NCBI RefSeq assembly: GCF_006345805.1
Contig: NC_043025.1
Span: 6,696,001 to 6,760,000, forward strand
DNA length: 64,000 nucleotides
Reading direction: 5' to 3'
Origin: Octopus sinensis
Lineage: Eukaryota
Part shown: one piece after another, positions 35,735 through 48,969 of the stretch
Numbering within the stretch: the stretch's first letter is position 1
Layout: each line of letters opens with the position of its first letter
Translations under genes and position numbers: made by a program
The notes under the pieces: model-generated
The model's input: only the letters and a program-made list of their open reading frames with translations
What the model was told of the DNA's origin: nothing
Databases searched by the model: none

Positions 35735-35900
35735 TTGTGTGTCTGTGTTTGTCCTCCCACCATCGCTTGACAACCGATGTTGGTGTGTTTATGTTCCCGT
35801 TACTTAGCGGTTCGGCAAAAGAGACCGATAGAATAAGTACTGGGCTTACAAAAGAATAAGTCCCGGGGTCGAGTTACTCGATCAAAGCGGTGCTCCAGCA
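35530..35900 (+). mobile_element. SINE-A
   Basis: Consensus match, tail truncated. Confidence 0.85.
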
Positions 35901-35966
35901 CATTCTACAAGTATACGAAGTTTAAAATATTTTAGTGTTTAGTTACAAAGAAATTATTTTAAAAAT

Positions 35967-36391
35967 CGGATCTTTTCGGTTTGACCGGCAGTTTTTTCTA
36001 GCGGCGTCATACGAAATTGTCACCCATAATTATGACCCTAGTATCGATCTATTGCATTTCAATCTATTTAAAGGGTTAGGGTTAGGGGTGTGGGAAAGGG
36101 TATATTTTTTTCTTCAGAAATGTAAATAAACCCAATCTGTTTCTTAAACGAGGGACATATTCATATGGCAAAGAATTTTTTTTTCACCTCAATAGACGTC
36201 ATTGATTGGTTGAAATTGCAGAAATTGAATAAAAAAAAACAACAAATATCTTCCACACTGTAGAATTTTCTCAATAAAACCAAGAGAAAAAGATGTTTTA
36301 TAAACACATTCTACCAGAATACGAAGTTTAAAAGTGTTTAGTTACGTGGAAATTATTTTTAAAAACTGCCCTTCAAACCGAAAAGATCCCT
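35967..36391 (+). mobile_element. GGATC-TIR MITE containing TTAGGG repeats
   Basis: GGATCTTTTCGGTTTGACCGGCAGTTTTT...AAAAACTGCCCTTCAAACCGAAAAGATCC; internal AGGGTTAGGGTTAGGGG. Confidence 0.85.
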
Positions 36392-36661
36392 AAAATGACA
36401 TTATTAAATATAATCTTGAATTGTCAACCCTGAGACGTGTAATTTGAGGTAAACACGACAACTATTTCTAGAGGATCAAGCGACCACGTTGATGTTCCGT
36501 CTTGTTGTTGTTTAACCCTAGGTCAAGCCTGACTGAGCAGAGCTATGATCAAGGTTGTTGCTCAGAGATTTTACGTTAATCCATGACAGATCGAACACAA
36601 GTTAACAGAATATCGATGAAGGAAAACACGATTAAATGTAAGAAAATAAGAAAAAACCTAC

Positions 36662-36790
36662 TTGATGCGAATCTATGGAGGCGGAAAGAAGCTTCCTGTG
36701 TCTCGATAGACATTAATGGTAACCGTATTTGGGAAATGAGCGAAAATGGCGACTGCAATGAATAGAGAGAGAAAGGGAGGGAGGCAAAGT
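36662..36790 (-). promoter_or_regulatory. Putative non-coding first exon / core promoter of ZNF gene A
   Basis: YY1-like GTCGCCATTTT (36743-36753) and donor CAA|GTAGGTTTT at 36662/36661, both conserved in the paralog at 47411-47503. Confidence 0.6.
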
Positions 36791-37355
36791 GAATGAGAGG
36801 GAGTGGGAGAAAGTAAGAGAGAGTAAGAAATTGTGAGAGACAGAGTAAATGAGTCGAGTGGGAGAAAGTAGAGAGAGTAAGAAATTGTGAGAGAGAGAGA
36901 GTATATGAGTCGAGTGGGAGAAAGTTAGAGAGAGTAAGAAATTGTGAGAGAAGGAGAGAGTGAATGAGAGAAAGTAAAAAATTGTGAGAGAGAGAGTGAA
37001 GGAGTGGGAGAAAGTAAGATAGAGAAAGAATCGGGAGAGAGAGAGTGAATGAGAGAAAGTAAAAAATTGTGATAGAGAGAGTGAATGAGTGGGAGTGGGA
37101 GAAAGTAAGAGAGAGTAAGAAATTGTGAGAGACAGAGTATATGAGTCGAGTGGGAGAAAGTTAGAGAGAGTAAAAAATTGTGTGAGAGAGAGTGAATGAG
37201 TCGGAGTGGAAGAAAGTTAGAGAGAATAGGAATTGGGAGAGAGAGTAAGAAATTGTGAGAGAAGGAGAGAGTGAATGAGAGAATGTAAAAAATTGTGAGA
37301 GAGAGAGAGTGAATGAGTGGGAGTGGAAGAAAGTAAGAAATTGTGAGAGAGAGCT
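36770..37355. repeat. GA-rich degenerate tandem repeat
   Basis: Recurrent GAGTAAGAAATTGTGAGAGA and GAGTGGGAGAAAG units. Confidence 0.9.
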
Positions 37356-37376
37356 AGCTAGGTTAAGTAGAACTGG

Positions 37377-37405
37377 ATTGTCATTGGTCAGTTTAGGTCA
37401 GGTGA
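37377..37405 (-). promoter_or_regulatory. Conserved CCAAT-containing upstream box (gene A)
   Basis: ATTGTCATTGGTCAGTTTAGGTCAGGTGA, 28/29 identical to 47555-47583; minus-strand GACCAATGA fits the NF-Y consensus RRCCAATSR. Confidence 0.55.
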
Positions 37406-37965
37406 TTACGAAATGCTGTCAATGTAGTGGGAGGGGGGGGCGAAGGAAAGTGCTTTCCCGTTTTTTGCTTATGGACCCCTTTCATTCCTCTTTTACTCAG
37501 GTGGACCCATCGAGCCATTTGATGCTAAGCAAGCAAATATCCTTATTACATTTTATAATCAAATATTTTAAAGAATTGTATGAAAGTGAACCGGTGAGAA
37601 TGTTAAGGCGCTAAAAGAGAATGACTTCCCAGACACAACAGTGTATGAAAATAATTGTAGCGGGAGGCAGAGACTAGTGAGTACATGGTTATATAGAGGG
37701 AGGGAGGGAGAAGGGATAGGAATGATAGAGAGAGCAGAGCAGGGAGGGCAGCATTCGTCGACTTCATCTCATAACGGACTTGCTCACGGGACTGGTCAAA
37801 GGGAGAATACTCGACCTTGCCGACCCACAAGGTTTATTATTTGCTTACTAATTACCTGCCCCTAATGGATTTCTACCGCCGACTTCAAGAAGTATATGCC
37901 CCCCCCCCCCTCGTCATTAGGGTGCTGAGTCGTTCATAGGGTTAAGTGTCTTAAATATGCGAATG

Positions 37966-38555
37966 GATCTTTTCGGTTTGACCGGCAGTTTTTTCTAGCC
38001 GTGTCATATGAAATTGTCACCCGTAATTATGACCCTAGTATCGATCTATTGCATTTCAATCTGTTTTAGGGTTAGGGTTAGGGGTGTGGGGAAGGGTATC
38101 TTCTTTTCTTCACAAATGCAAATAAACCCAATCTGTTTCTTAAACGAGGGACATATTCATACGGCACAGAATGTTTTTCACCTCAATAGACGTCATTAAT
38201 GGGTTGAAATTGCAGAAATTGAAGAAAAAAACAACAAATATCTTACAAACCATAGAATTTTCTCAATAAAGCCAAGAGAAAATGATGTTTTATAAACACA
38301 TTCTACCAGTATACAAAGTTTAGAAGGTTTTAGTTACTCTCTTTACTCTTTTATTTGTTTCAGTCATTTGACTGCGGCCATGCTGGAGCACTGCCTTTAA
38401 TCGAGCAACTCGACCCCGGACTTATTCTTTTGTAAGCCCAGTACTTATTCTATCGTTCTCTTTTGCCGAACCGCTAAGTGACGGGGATGTAAACACACCA
38501 GCATCGGTTGTCAAGCAATGCTAGGGGGACAAACACAGACACACAAATACACACA

Positions 38556-38607
<52 letters not shown>

Positions 38608-38827
38608 CATATATATGACGGGCTTCTTTCAGTTTCCGTCTACCAAATCCACTCACAAGGCTTTGGTCGGCCCGAGGCTTTAGTAGAAGACACTTGCCCA
38701 AGGTGCCAGGCAGTGGGACTGAACCCAGAACCATGTGGTTGGTAAACAAGCTACTTACCACACAGCCACTCCTGCGCCCTACCTAGAAATTATGTTAAAA
38801 ACTGCCGTTCAAACCGAAAAGATCCCA
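37966..38827 (+). mobile_element. GGATC-TIR MITE with a nested SINE-A (~38335-38780, minus)
   Basis: Both TIRs present; the SINE interrupts the 3' part. Confidence 0.85.
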
Positions 38828-39411
38828 AATTTTTTGTTTAAATCCCAGCAATTGACCATTAAATGTGTTTATGGGGAGAAGGATATTGAATAACGCCAAA
38901 GAAACAAGGAGGGTATCAAGTGGTCGTGAGAAGTGCTAAAAATAACAGCTAAATATCCCTTAAATCACACAAACATTTTATATTTTGGCTTAATCGCATG
39001 AATTCCCGTATGTAGAACATAAATTCGCAGAAAGTTTCTGAAAATACCAAAAAAACAAAATTTTATGAGGGGTTATTTAGGGTGCTTAAAGCAGAACTCC
39101 ACCAAATCCTCATTTAAGATCCGCCTTTCACAATGGCATAGGAGCCAGTCAGGTAAAGCCTGCCCCAGGCTACTGTGTCTGCAAGACCCCTTTCCTTGTC
39201 CCTTCAGCTGGCACAAAGCCACACACCCTCTGAGTCAAGTCTTGTTTTGCAGGCTGGTTGGTGATAAAAGCATCCAGTACACTCTGTAAAGTGGTTGGCA
39301 TCCAGCTGTTGAAACTACGTCAAAACATACTATGGTGCTTGATGTGGCTTCCAGCCATACCAGTTTCTGTTAAACTGTCCAACCCATGCCAGCATGGAAA
39401 ACAGAAGTTAA

Positions 39412-40354
39412 CCCTTTCGATACCAACCCCGCTCTGGCTCTGACTACAAATGTCTTGTTTCCATAAGTTTTGAATTAAAATCTTCCACCAAACCTTAGTC
39501 ACAATTTATGTTCCTAACACTAGCTTAATGATAACTAAGTTATTTTACTAAATTCTTTGTTATATTTAAAATTAATTGAGAGAAACACAGAAATTCTCAA
39601 CAGAAATACAGTAACAAAAGGGTTCAAGTCACCATGATATTTTTAACCCTTTTGATACCAACCCGGCTGAAACCATCTCTGGCTCTGTAGTACAAATGTC
39701 TTGTTTTCATAAGTTCTGAATTAAAATCTTCCACCAAACCTTAGTCACAATTTATGTTCCTAACACTAGCTTAATGATAACTAAGTTATTTTACTAAATT
39801 CTTTGTTATATTTAAAGTAATTGAAAGAAACACAGAACTTCTCAAAATAAATACAGTAACAAAAGGGTTAAAGTGCCCATGATATTTTTAATCCTTTCGA
39901 TAACCAACCCGGCAGAAATTGCCTCTGGCTCTGACTACAAATGTCTTGTTTTCATAAGTTTTGAATTAAATCCTTCCACCAAACCTTAGTCACAATTTAT
40001 GTTCCTAACACTAGCTTAATGATAACTAAGTTATTTTACTAAATTCTTTGTTATATTTAAAATTAATTGAAAGAAACACAGAGCATCTCAACAGAAATAT
40101 GGTAACAAAAGGGTTAAAGTGCCCATGATATTTTTAACCCTTTTGATACCAACCCGGCAGAAACTGCCTCTGGCTCTGACTACAAATGTCTTTCCATAAG
40201 TTTTGAATTAAAATCGTCCACCAAATCTTAGTCACAATTTATGTTCCTAACACTAGCTTAATGATAACTAAGTTATTTTACTAAATTCTTTGTTATATTT
40301 AAAATTAATTGAAGAAACACAGAACTTCTCAAAATAAATACAGTAACAAAAGGG
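39412..40354 (+). mobile_element. piggyBac-type MITE tetramer
   Basis: Four units, spacers AGTCACCATGATATTT / AGTGCCCATGATATTT, outer TTAA at 39408 and 40355. Confidence 0.9.
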
Positions 40355-40449
40355 TTAAATGATAATGATGAATTCTTGTTCTTTATCAATTCTGTAAAGC
40401 ATCTTCAGTAAACTTCTTAAATATTTCTAAAAAAAAAAAACAATAACGA

Positions 40450-41235
40450 TACGCAGGAGTGGCTGTGTGGTAAGTAGCTTGCTTACCAACCACATGGTTC
40501 CGGGTTCAGTCTCACTGCGTGGCATCTTGGGCAAGTGTCTTCTGCTATAGCCCCGGGCCGACCAATGCCTTGTGAGTGGATTTGGTAGACGGAAACTGAA
40601 AGCCCGTCATGTATGTGTATATATATATATATAGGCGCAGGAGTGGCTGTGTGGTAAGTAGCTTGCTAACCAACCACATGGTTCCGGGTTCAGTCCCACT
40701 GCGTGGCATCTTGGGCAAGTGGCTTCTGCTATAGCCTCGGGCCGACCAATGCCTTGTGAGTGGATTTGGTAGACGGAAACTGAAAGAAGCCCGTCGTGTA
40801 TATGTATATATATATATATAGGCGCAGGAGTGGCTGTGTGGTAAGTAGCTTGCTAAACAACCACATGGTTCCGGGTTCAGTCCCACTGCGTGGCATCTTG
40901 GGCAAGTGTCTTCTGCTATAGCCCCGGACCGACCAATGCCTTGTGAGTGGATTTGGTAGACGGAAACTGAAAGAAGCCCGTCGTGTATATGTATATATAT
41001 GTATATGTGTATGTGTGTGTTTGTGTATCTGTGTTTGTCCCCCTAGCATTGCTTGACAACCGATGCTGGTGTGTTTATGTCTCCGTTACCTAGTGGTTCG
41101 GCAAAAAAGACCGATAGAATAAGTACTGGGCTTACAAAAGAATAAGTCCCGGGGTCGAGTTGCTCGATTAAAGGCGGTGCTCCAGCACGGCCGCAGTCAA
41201 ATGACTGAAACAAGTAAAATAGTAAAATAGTAAAA
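40450..41235 (+). mobile_element. SINE-A with triplicated head
   Basis: GCAGGAGTGGCTG at 40453, 40637 and 40824; a single tail. Confidence 0.9.
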
Positions 41236-41628
41236 TAGTAATACAAAAGAATGAAGTATTATTGGTCTTTGGATAACTTTTTTTTATTAATCATATTTTT
41301 TAATTTGATTTAAAAAAAATATATCAAGAAACTTTATATCAATTATACAACCCACACAGTAAGGGGTACATTTTCACTGTGTTGCGAGATACTTGGCCAC
41401 CCAACTAGTGCTGGGTTAGTAAAAAAATCACCTGGTACCCCCTGCAAGTTGGATGGCATCGACAAAGGTGTTCAGCTGAGGAAACCATGCTCATGAAGAC
41501 CTTTACCCAACCTAGGGAAGTTGGATGTTAAATCATGTCTATCTCTGTTGTGACTATGTGTCTAGTTGAATTTGAATTGTGAGGAGACGATTTACTATAA
41601 TTATAATTTATACTGAATTCTCTCTTTA

Positions 41629-42862
<1,234 letters not shown>

Positions 42863-42864
42863 TT

Positions 42865-43311
42865 TGGCACGTAAAAAGCACCATCCGATTGTGGCCGTTG
42901 CCAGCCTCGCCTGGTCTCCGTGCCGGTGGCACGTAAAAAGCACCATCCGATCGTGGCTGTTTGCCAGCCTCGTCTGCCATGTAAAAAGCACCTACTACAC
43001 TCATGGAGTGGTTGGCGTTAGGAAGGGCATCCAGCTGTAGAAACATTGCCAGATCAGACTGGGCCTGGTGCAGTCTTCTGGCTTCCCAGACCCCAGTTGC
43101 ACCGTCCAACCCATGCCAGCATGGAAAGCGGACGCTAAACGATGATGATGGTGATGATGATAATCATGCATTGTTTCATAGCTTTAAGATTTCAATGACG
43201 TGATTGTTTACCTTTAGAAATAACATTGCAGGGCAAGTGTGAGAGGTAGGATCTGGCTAGTTTCAACATAAACAGAAATATTTGGGCCTGGTTTAAATGC
43301 TAAAGGGTTAA
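42865..43311 (+). mobile_element. SINE-C followed by a piggyBac-type MITE remnant that truncates gene B
   Basis: SINE-C core and (GAT)n tail to ~43165; ...AAATGCTAAAGGG|TTAA at 43295-43311. Confidence 0.65.
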
Positions 43312-43331
43312 AGAACATTTTACCACAGATG

Positions 43332-45619
43332 TCAACAGGGATATGATTTTTCTTCTCTATGAATATCTTTGTGTCTGGTCAAATTTGAGTTTTCCGAGAA
43401 TGATTTATCACAGACATCACAGTGATATGGCTTCTCCCCTGAATGAGTGAGTTTGTGTTTAGTTAAGTGACTTATCTGAGAGAAGGATTTACTACAGACA
43501 TCACAATGATATGGTTCTCTCCTGTATGAATACGCTTGTGTTTAGTTAAGCTGCCGCCTTCAGAGAAAGACTTACCACAGATATCACAGTGATATGGCTT
43601 CTCTCCTGTGTGAACACGTTTATGATTGATTAAGTTTTCTTTTTGTGAGAATGATTTACCACAGATATCACAATCATAAGGTCTCTCACCTGTGTGAATA
43701 CGTTTATGCGTAGTTAAGGTAGTTCCCGCAGAGAATGATTTCCCGCAGGCATCGCAGTGAAACGGTTTCTCACCTGTATTATTAATACATTTGTGCTTAG
43801 TCAGGGCACTTCTTACAGAGGACGACCTCCCATAGTGGCATGACTTCTTACCTGTATGAGTATTTTTATGAACATTTAAAGTGCTACTTGCTGCGAAAGA
43901 TCTACCACAGATATTGCAGAGGTATGGTTTCTCACCTGTGTGAATACGATAGTGCTTCGTTAAGTGACTTCCAGAAGCAAAAGATTTCCCACACATCTCA
44001 CACTGATATGGTTTCTCACCTGTATGTATATACTGATGCGTAATCAAGTGCCCTTTCTGAGAGAATGATTTATTACAGATATCACAGTGATGTGGTTTCT
44101 CACCTGTATGAATACGCTTGTGTTTAGTTAAGTTACTTATTACAGAGAAATATTTACCACAGACATCACAATGATATGGTTTCTCTCCCGTGTGACTACG
44201 TTTGTGAGTAGTTAAGCTACCAAGTAGAGAAAAGAATTTACCACAAATGTCGCAATGATATGGCTTCTCACCTGTATGAATATGATTGTGCTTCGTTAAG
44301 GTCGTGATTAAGGAGAATGATTTACCACAGATATCACACTGATATGGTTTCTCGCCTGTATGAATGCGTTTGTGTCTGGTTAACCGACTGATTTGAGAGA
44401 ATAATCTACCACAGATATCACAATGATAAGGTTTCTCTCCTGTATGAATTCGTTTGTGTATAACCAAGCCGCTTCCTTCGGAGATGATTTACCACAAATA
44501 TCACAGCGGTGGGGTTTCTCTCTCCTGTATGAACACGTTTGTGTGTAGTTATGTAACTGACCTTTGCAAACGATTTACCACAGATATCACAGTGGTATGG
44601 TCTTTCTCTTGAATGAATGAATGGACGTGACATTAAGTCTTCATTTTGAGAGAATGATTTACCATCGATATCAGAGTGATATGGCTTCTCTCCCGTATGA
44701 ACAAGCTTGTGCTTATTAAGGGAATTAATCTCAGAGAATGATACACCACAGATATCGCAGTGATATGGCTTCTCTCCTGTATGAATACGTTTGTGTTTAG
44801 TAAATCTACCTCTTTCAGAGAATGATTTTCCACAAGTAACACAGTGAAATGGCTTCTCTCCTGTATGAATACGTTTGTGTATAACTAAGTCATCATTTCG
44901 AGAGAATGATTTACCACAGGTGTCACAGCAATATGGTTTCTCCCCAGTATGAATGCGTCTGTGTCGTGTCAGGTCACTATCTAAAGTAAATGATTTACCA
45001 CAGATATCACAAAAATATGGCTTCTCTCCAGTATGAATACGTTTGTGTCTAGTTAAGTTACCTCTTTCAGAAAACAATCTACCACAGATATCACAGTGAT
45101 GTGGTTTCTCTCCCGTATGAATACGTTTATGCCTACTCAATTACTTATCACCGTAAATAATTTACCACAGATATCACACTCATACGGCTTCTCTCCTGTA
45201 TGAATATATTTGTGTCTGCTCAAGTGGCTAGTTTTAGAGAACGCTTTGCCACAGATATCACATGGGTAGGGCCTCTCCCCTGTATGAGTCCGCTTGTGTG
45301 TAGTTAAATGACTTGCTGTAGAGAATGATTTACCACAGATATCACACTGATATGATCTCTTTTCTGCATTGACACACGCATGAGTATTTAAAGAACTTCT
45401 TTCAAAAAATGATTTACCACAAATATCACAGTGATATGGTTTCTCTCCTGTATGAGTCTGTCTGTGTGTAGTTAGATCTGTCTTTTGATTGAATGTCTTA
45501 TAACACACCTCACAGGTGTATGAAGTTTCTCTTCTATCCTCTGGCATCTCATCAGGTAATTCCACCGAATTCCATTCTTGTTCACATTTAATTTTCTCCT
45601 CACACAAATCATTTTCCAT
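43332..45619 (-). CDS. Poly-C2H2 zinc-finger protein B (about 24 fingers plus 2 degenerate), frameshifted as assembled
   Basis: ORFs 45137-45619, 44418-45140 and 43472-44467 join into one finger array when four indels are corrected (~45140, ~44520, ~44484, ~43515); acceptor TTTTGTTTCAG|AATACC at 45890/45889. Either an intact gene with sequencing errors or a young pseudogene. Confidence 0.8.
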
Positions 45620-45969
45620 ATTTTTTTTTTGTTTCTCACCACATACACAGGTGTTTTGTTGTTCTTGCTCTACCTGGCTTTATATTTAATTCATAACAAT
45701 ATTTCGCTTCCTCTATTTCCATCGACTGCGATTTTAATCAGCATAATTAACTTGGTCAAAGGAAATGCTTCACAGTAATTCCAAATATAGATCCATAGAA
45801 ACAGCAGACACTTCTTTGATACAATGTGTGGCTTTAAAAAACGACAATGTGTCCAAAACAATACAGGTTAATTCCAATCAACAGGTATTCTGAAACAAAA
45901 AAAAAAAACAATATAAACTATAGAGGATACTTCAAACATTAAAAAAAAAATAACAGTAGAAATATTACA

Positions 45970-46350
45970 AAGAGTGGCTATGTGGTAAGTAGCTTGATTC
46001 CCAACCACATGGTTCTGGGTTCAGTCCCACTGCGTGGCACCTTGGGCGAGTGTCTTCTACTATAGCCTCAGGCCGACCAAAGCCTTGTGAGTGGATGTGG
46101 TAGACGGAAACTGAAAGAAGCCTGTATATATATATGTGTGTATGTGTTTGTGTGTCTGTGTTTGTCCCCCTAGCATTGCTTGACAACCGATGCTGGTGTG
46201 TTTACGTCCCCGTCACTTAGCAGTTCGGCAAAAGAGACCGATAGAATAAGTACTGGGCTTACAAAGAATAAGTCCTGGGGTCGATTTGCTCGACTAAAGG
46301 CGGTGCTCCAGCATGGCCGCAGTCAAATGACTGAAACAAGTAAAAGAGTA
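45970..46350 (+). mobile_element. SINE-A
   Basis: Consensus match with tail AAGTAAAAGAG. Confidence 0.85.
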
Positions 46351-46359
46351 TACACACAC

Positions 46360-47285
46360 TTGTTGTTTAACCCCAGGTCATGCCTGAATGAGTACGTTCC
46401 TCCCTCTGTCACTGTATATCTAGGACTACACTATCAAATATAGCCTTCAATTTTCAACACCGAAACGTGTAATTTGAGGTAAACTTGGCTACTATTTCTA
46501 GCAGATCAAGCGACCACGTTGACGTCCCATCTGGTTGCTGCTGTTTAACCCCAGGTCATGCCTGAATGAGTACGTTCCTCCCTCTGTCACTGTATATCTA
46601 CGACTACACTATCAAATATAGCCTTCAATTTTCAACACCGAAACGTGTAATTTGAGGTAAACTTGGCTACTATTTCTAGCAGATCAAGCGACCACGTTGA
46701 CGTCCCATCTGGTTGCTGCTGTTTAACCCCAGGTCATGCCTGACTGAGTACGTTCCTCCCTCTGTCACTGTATATCTACGACTACACTATCAAATATAAG
46801 CCTTCAATTTTCAACACCGAAACGTGTAATTTGAGGTAAACTTGGCTACTATTTCTAGCAGATCAAGCGACCACGTTGACGTCCCATCTGGTTGCTGCTG
46901 TTTAACCCCAGGTCATGCCTGAATGAGTACGTTCCTCCCTCTGTCACTGTATATCTAGGACTACACTATCAAATATAGCCTTCAATTTTCAACACCGAAA
47001 CGTGTAATTTGAGGTAAACTTGGCTACTATTTCTAGCAGATCAAGCGACCACGTTGACGTCCCATCTGGTTGCTGCTGTTTAACCCCAGGTCATGCCTGA
47101 ATGAGTACGTTCCTCCCTCTGTCACTGTATATCTAGGACTACACTATCAAATATAGCCTTCAATTTTCAACACCGAAACGTGTAATTTGAGGTAAACTTG
47201 GCTACTATTTCTAGCAGATGAAGCGACCACTTTGACGTCCCATCTGGTTGGTGCTGTTTAACCCCAGGTCATGCCTGACTGAGCA
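46360..47285. repeat. 5+ x 178-bp tandem array
   Basis: GTTTAACCCCAGGTCATGCCTGA at 46365, 46543, 46721, 46900, 47078 and 47256; a single homolog at ~36420-36545. Confidence 0.95.
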
Positions 47286-47410
47286 GAGCAGTGATCAATG
47301 TTGTTGTTCCGGTATGTTACGCTAATTTATGACAGATCAAACACAAATAAACATCATGTTGATGAACGAAGAAGAAAGACAAAGGAAATAAACAAAATAA
47401 CAAAACCTAC

Positions 47411-47583
47411 TTGGCGTGAATTTATGGAGGAGGAAAGATCTTCGTCTTCTGAAGTGAATTAATGGCTGCGGTCACGGTTGAAGAGTTAATAGGAAATGGC
47501 GACTGGAGGTAAACAGAGAGAACGAGAGGGAATGAGGGGGGATGGAAATATTGAATTGTCATTGGTCTGTTTAGGTCAGGTGA
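47411..47583 (-). promoter_or_regulatory. Putative first exon and promoter of ZNF gene B
   Basis: Donor CAA|GTAGGTTTT at 47411/47410; YY1-like GTCGCCATTTC; CCAAT box block at 47555-47583. Confidence 0.6.
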
Positions 47584-47929
47584 CAAGACTTATATGGACT
47601 GGAGGAAAGGGAGGTAGCTTTTACACGTTACAATATTGGACTGCGGCCATGCTGCAGCACTGCCTTGGATGAGTCTTAATCGGACAGATCGACCCCTGTT
47701 AAGCGAAAAGATCCTTTATTCTATTGGCAAAGACTTCCGCCCGCCCGCCCCCGAGCCCCATTTTCTTCCAAATTCCTTTATTAAAAAAAATTTTTTTTTT
47801 TGCCAAAAACCCCCGTTTTCGGATACGGAGGTCCCAGAAAATTGCCAAAAACCGGCATCGTGAAAAATTTCCACCACCCTCTCTCCACCCCCCTCCAACT
47901 TCTTCAATTTTGACTTTTTTCCGCAAAAC

Positions 47930-48240
47930 TAACCGTAAAACCCTAACCCTAAAACCGTTAAACCCCAACTCTAACCCTAATCATAAAACCCTAACCTTAG
48001 CCCTAATCCTAAAACCGTTAAACCCCAACTCTAACCCTAACCCTAGCCCTAAAACCGTTAAACCCCAACTCTAACCCTAATCATAAAACCCTAACCCTAG
48101 CCCTAATCCTAAAACCGTTAAACCCCAACTCTAACCCTAATCATAAAACCCTAACCCTAGCCCTAATCCTAAAACCGTTAAACCCCAACTCTAACCGTAA
48201 TCATAAAACCCTAACCCTAGCCCTAATCCTAAAACCGTAA
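47930..48240. repeat. Telomere-like 60-bp minisatellite built from CCCTAA variants
   Basis: AAAACCGTTAAACCCCAACTCTAACCCTAA at 47951, 48011, 48051, 48111 and 48171 (partial at 48231). Confidence 0.9.
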
Positions 48241-48317
48241 CTGTAAATATAGAAATGTTTTGAAATTTTTGTCCGAATTCCGATGTCCGTATCTTTCTGC
48301 ATATTTAGAAAAGAAAA

Positions 48318-48665
48318 GGAGTGGCTGTGTGGTAAGTAGCTTGCTTACCGACCACATGGCTCCGGGTTCAGTCCCACTGCGTGGCATCTTGGGCAAGTGT
48401 CTTCTACTATAGCCCCGGGCCGACCAATGCCTTGTGAGTGGATTTGGTAGACGGAAACTGAAAGAAGCCCGTCGTATATATGTATATATATATATATGTA
48501 TGTGTGTTTGTGTTGTCCCCCTAGCATTGCTTGACAACCGATGCTGGTGTGTTTATGTCCCCGTTACTTAGCGGTTCGGCAAAAGAGACCGATAGAATAA
48601 GTACTGGGCTTACAAAAAGAATAAGTCCCGGGTCGAGTTGCTCGATTAAAGGCGGTGCTCCAGGA
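48318..48665 (+). mobile_element. SINE-A
   Basis: Consensus match, tail truncated. Confidence 0.85.
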
Positions 48666-48969
48666 TGGCTGTAAAGGGGATACATGGCAAGCGAACCAGA
48701 GGGGCAAGAAAGAAAGCAGGAGTGGAAGAGAGAGCAGGAGAGCGATGGTGGTGAAGTGTCGGGGGGAGGCAGAACATAGAAAGGGTGATAGAGTAAAGGA
48801 AGAAAGAGAGAGCAGATGTGCAAGGAAGGGCAGGAAAGCGATGGAAGTGAGGTGTCGGTGGGAGGAACAGAACATAGAAAGGGTGATAGAGTAAAGGAAG
48901 AGAGAGAGAGGTAAAAGCAGCAATTGGGAGGGGAATAGCGTCGAGATAGAGGAAGGCTACGAGTAGGGA

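Noticed and set aside
31539-40354. Repeat-spacer-repeat arrays resembling CRISPR
   Set aside because: Repeats are ~220-bp MITEs, spacers are near-identical rather than unique, no cas genes are present, and the context is eukaryotic.
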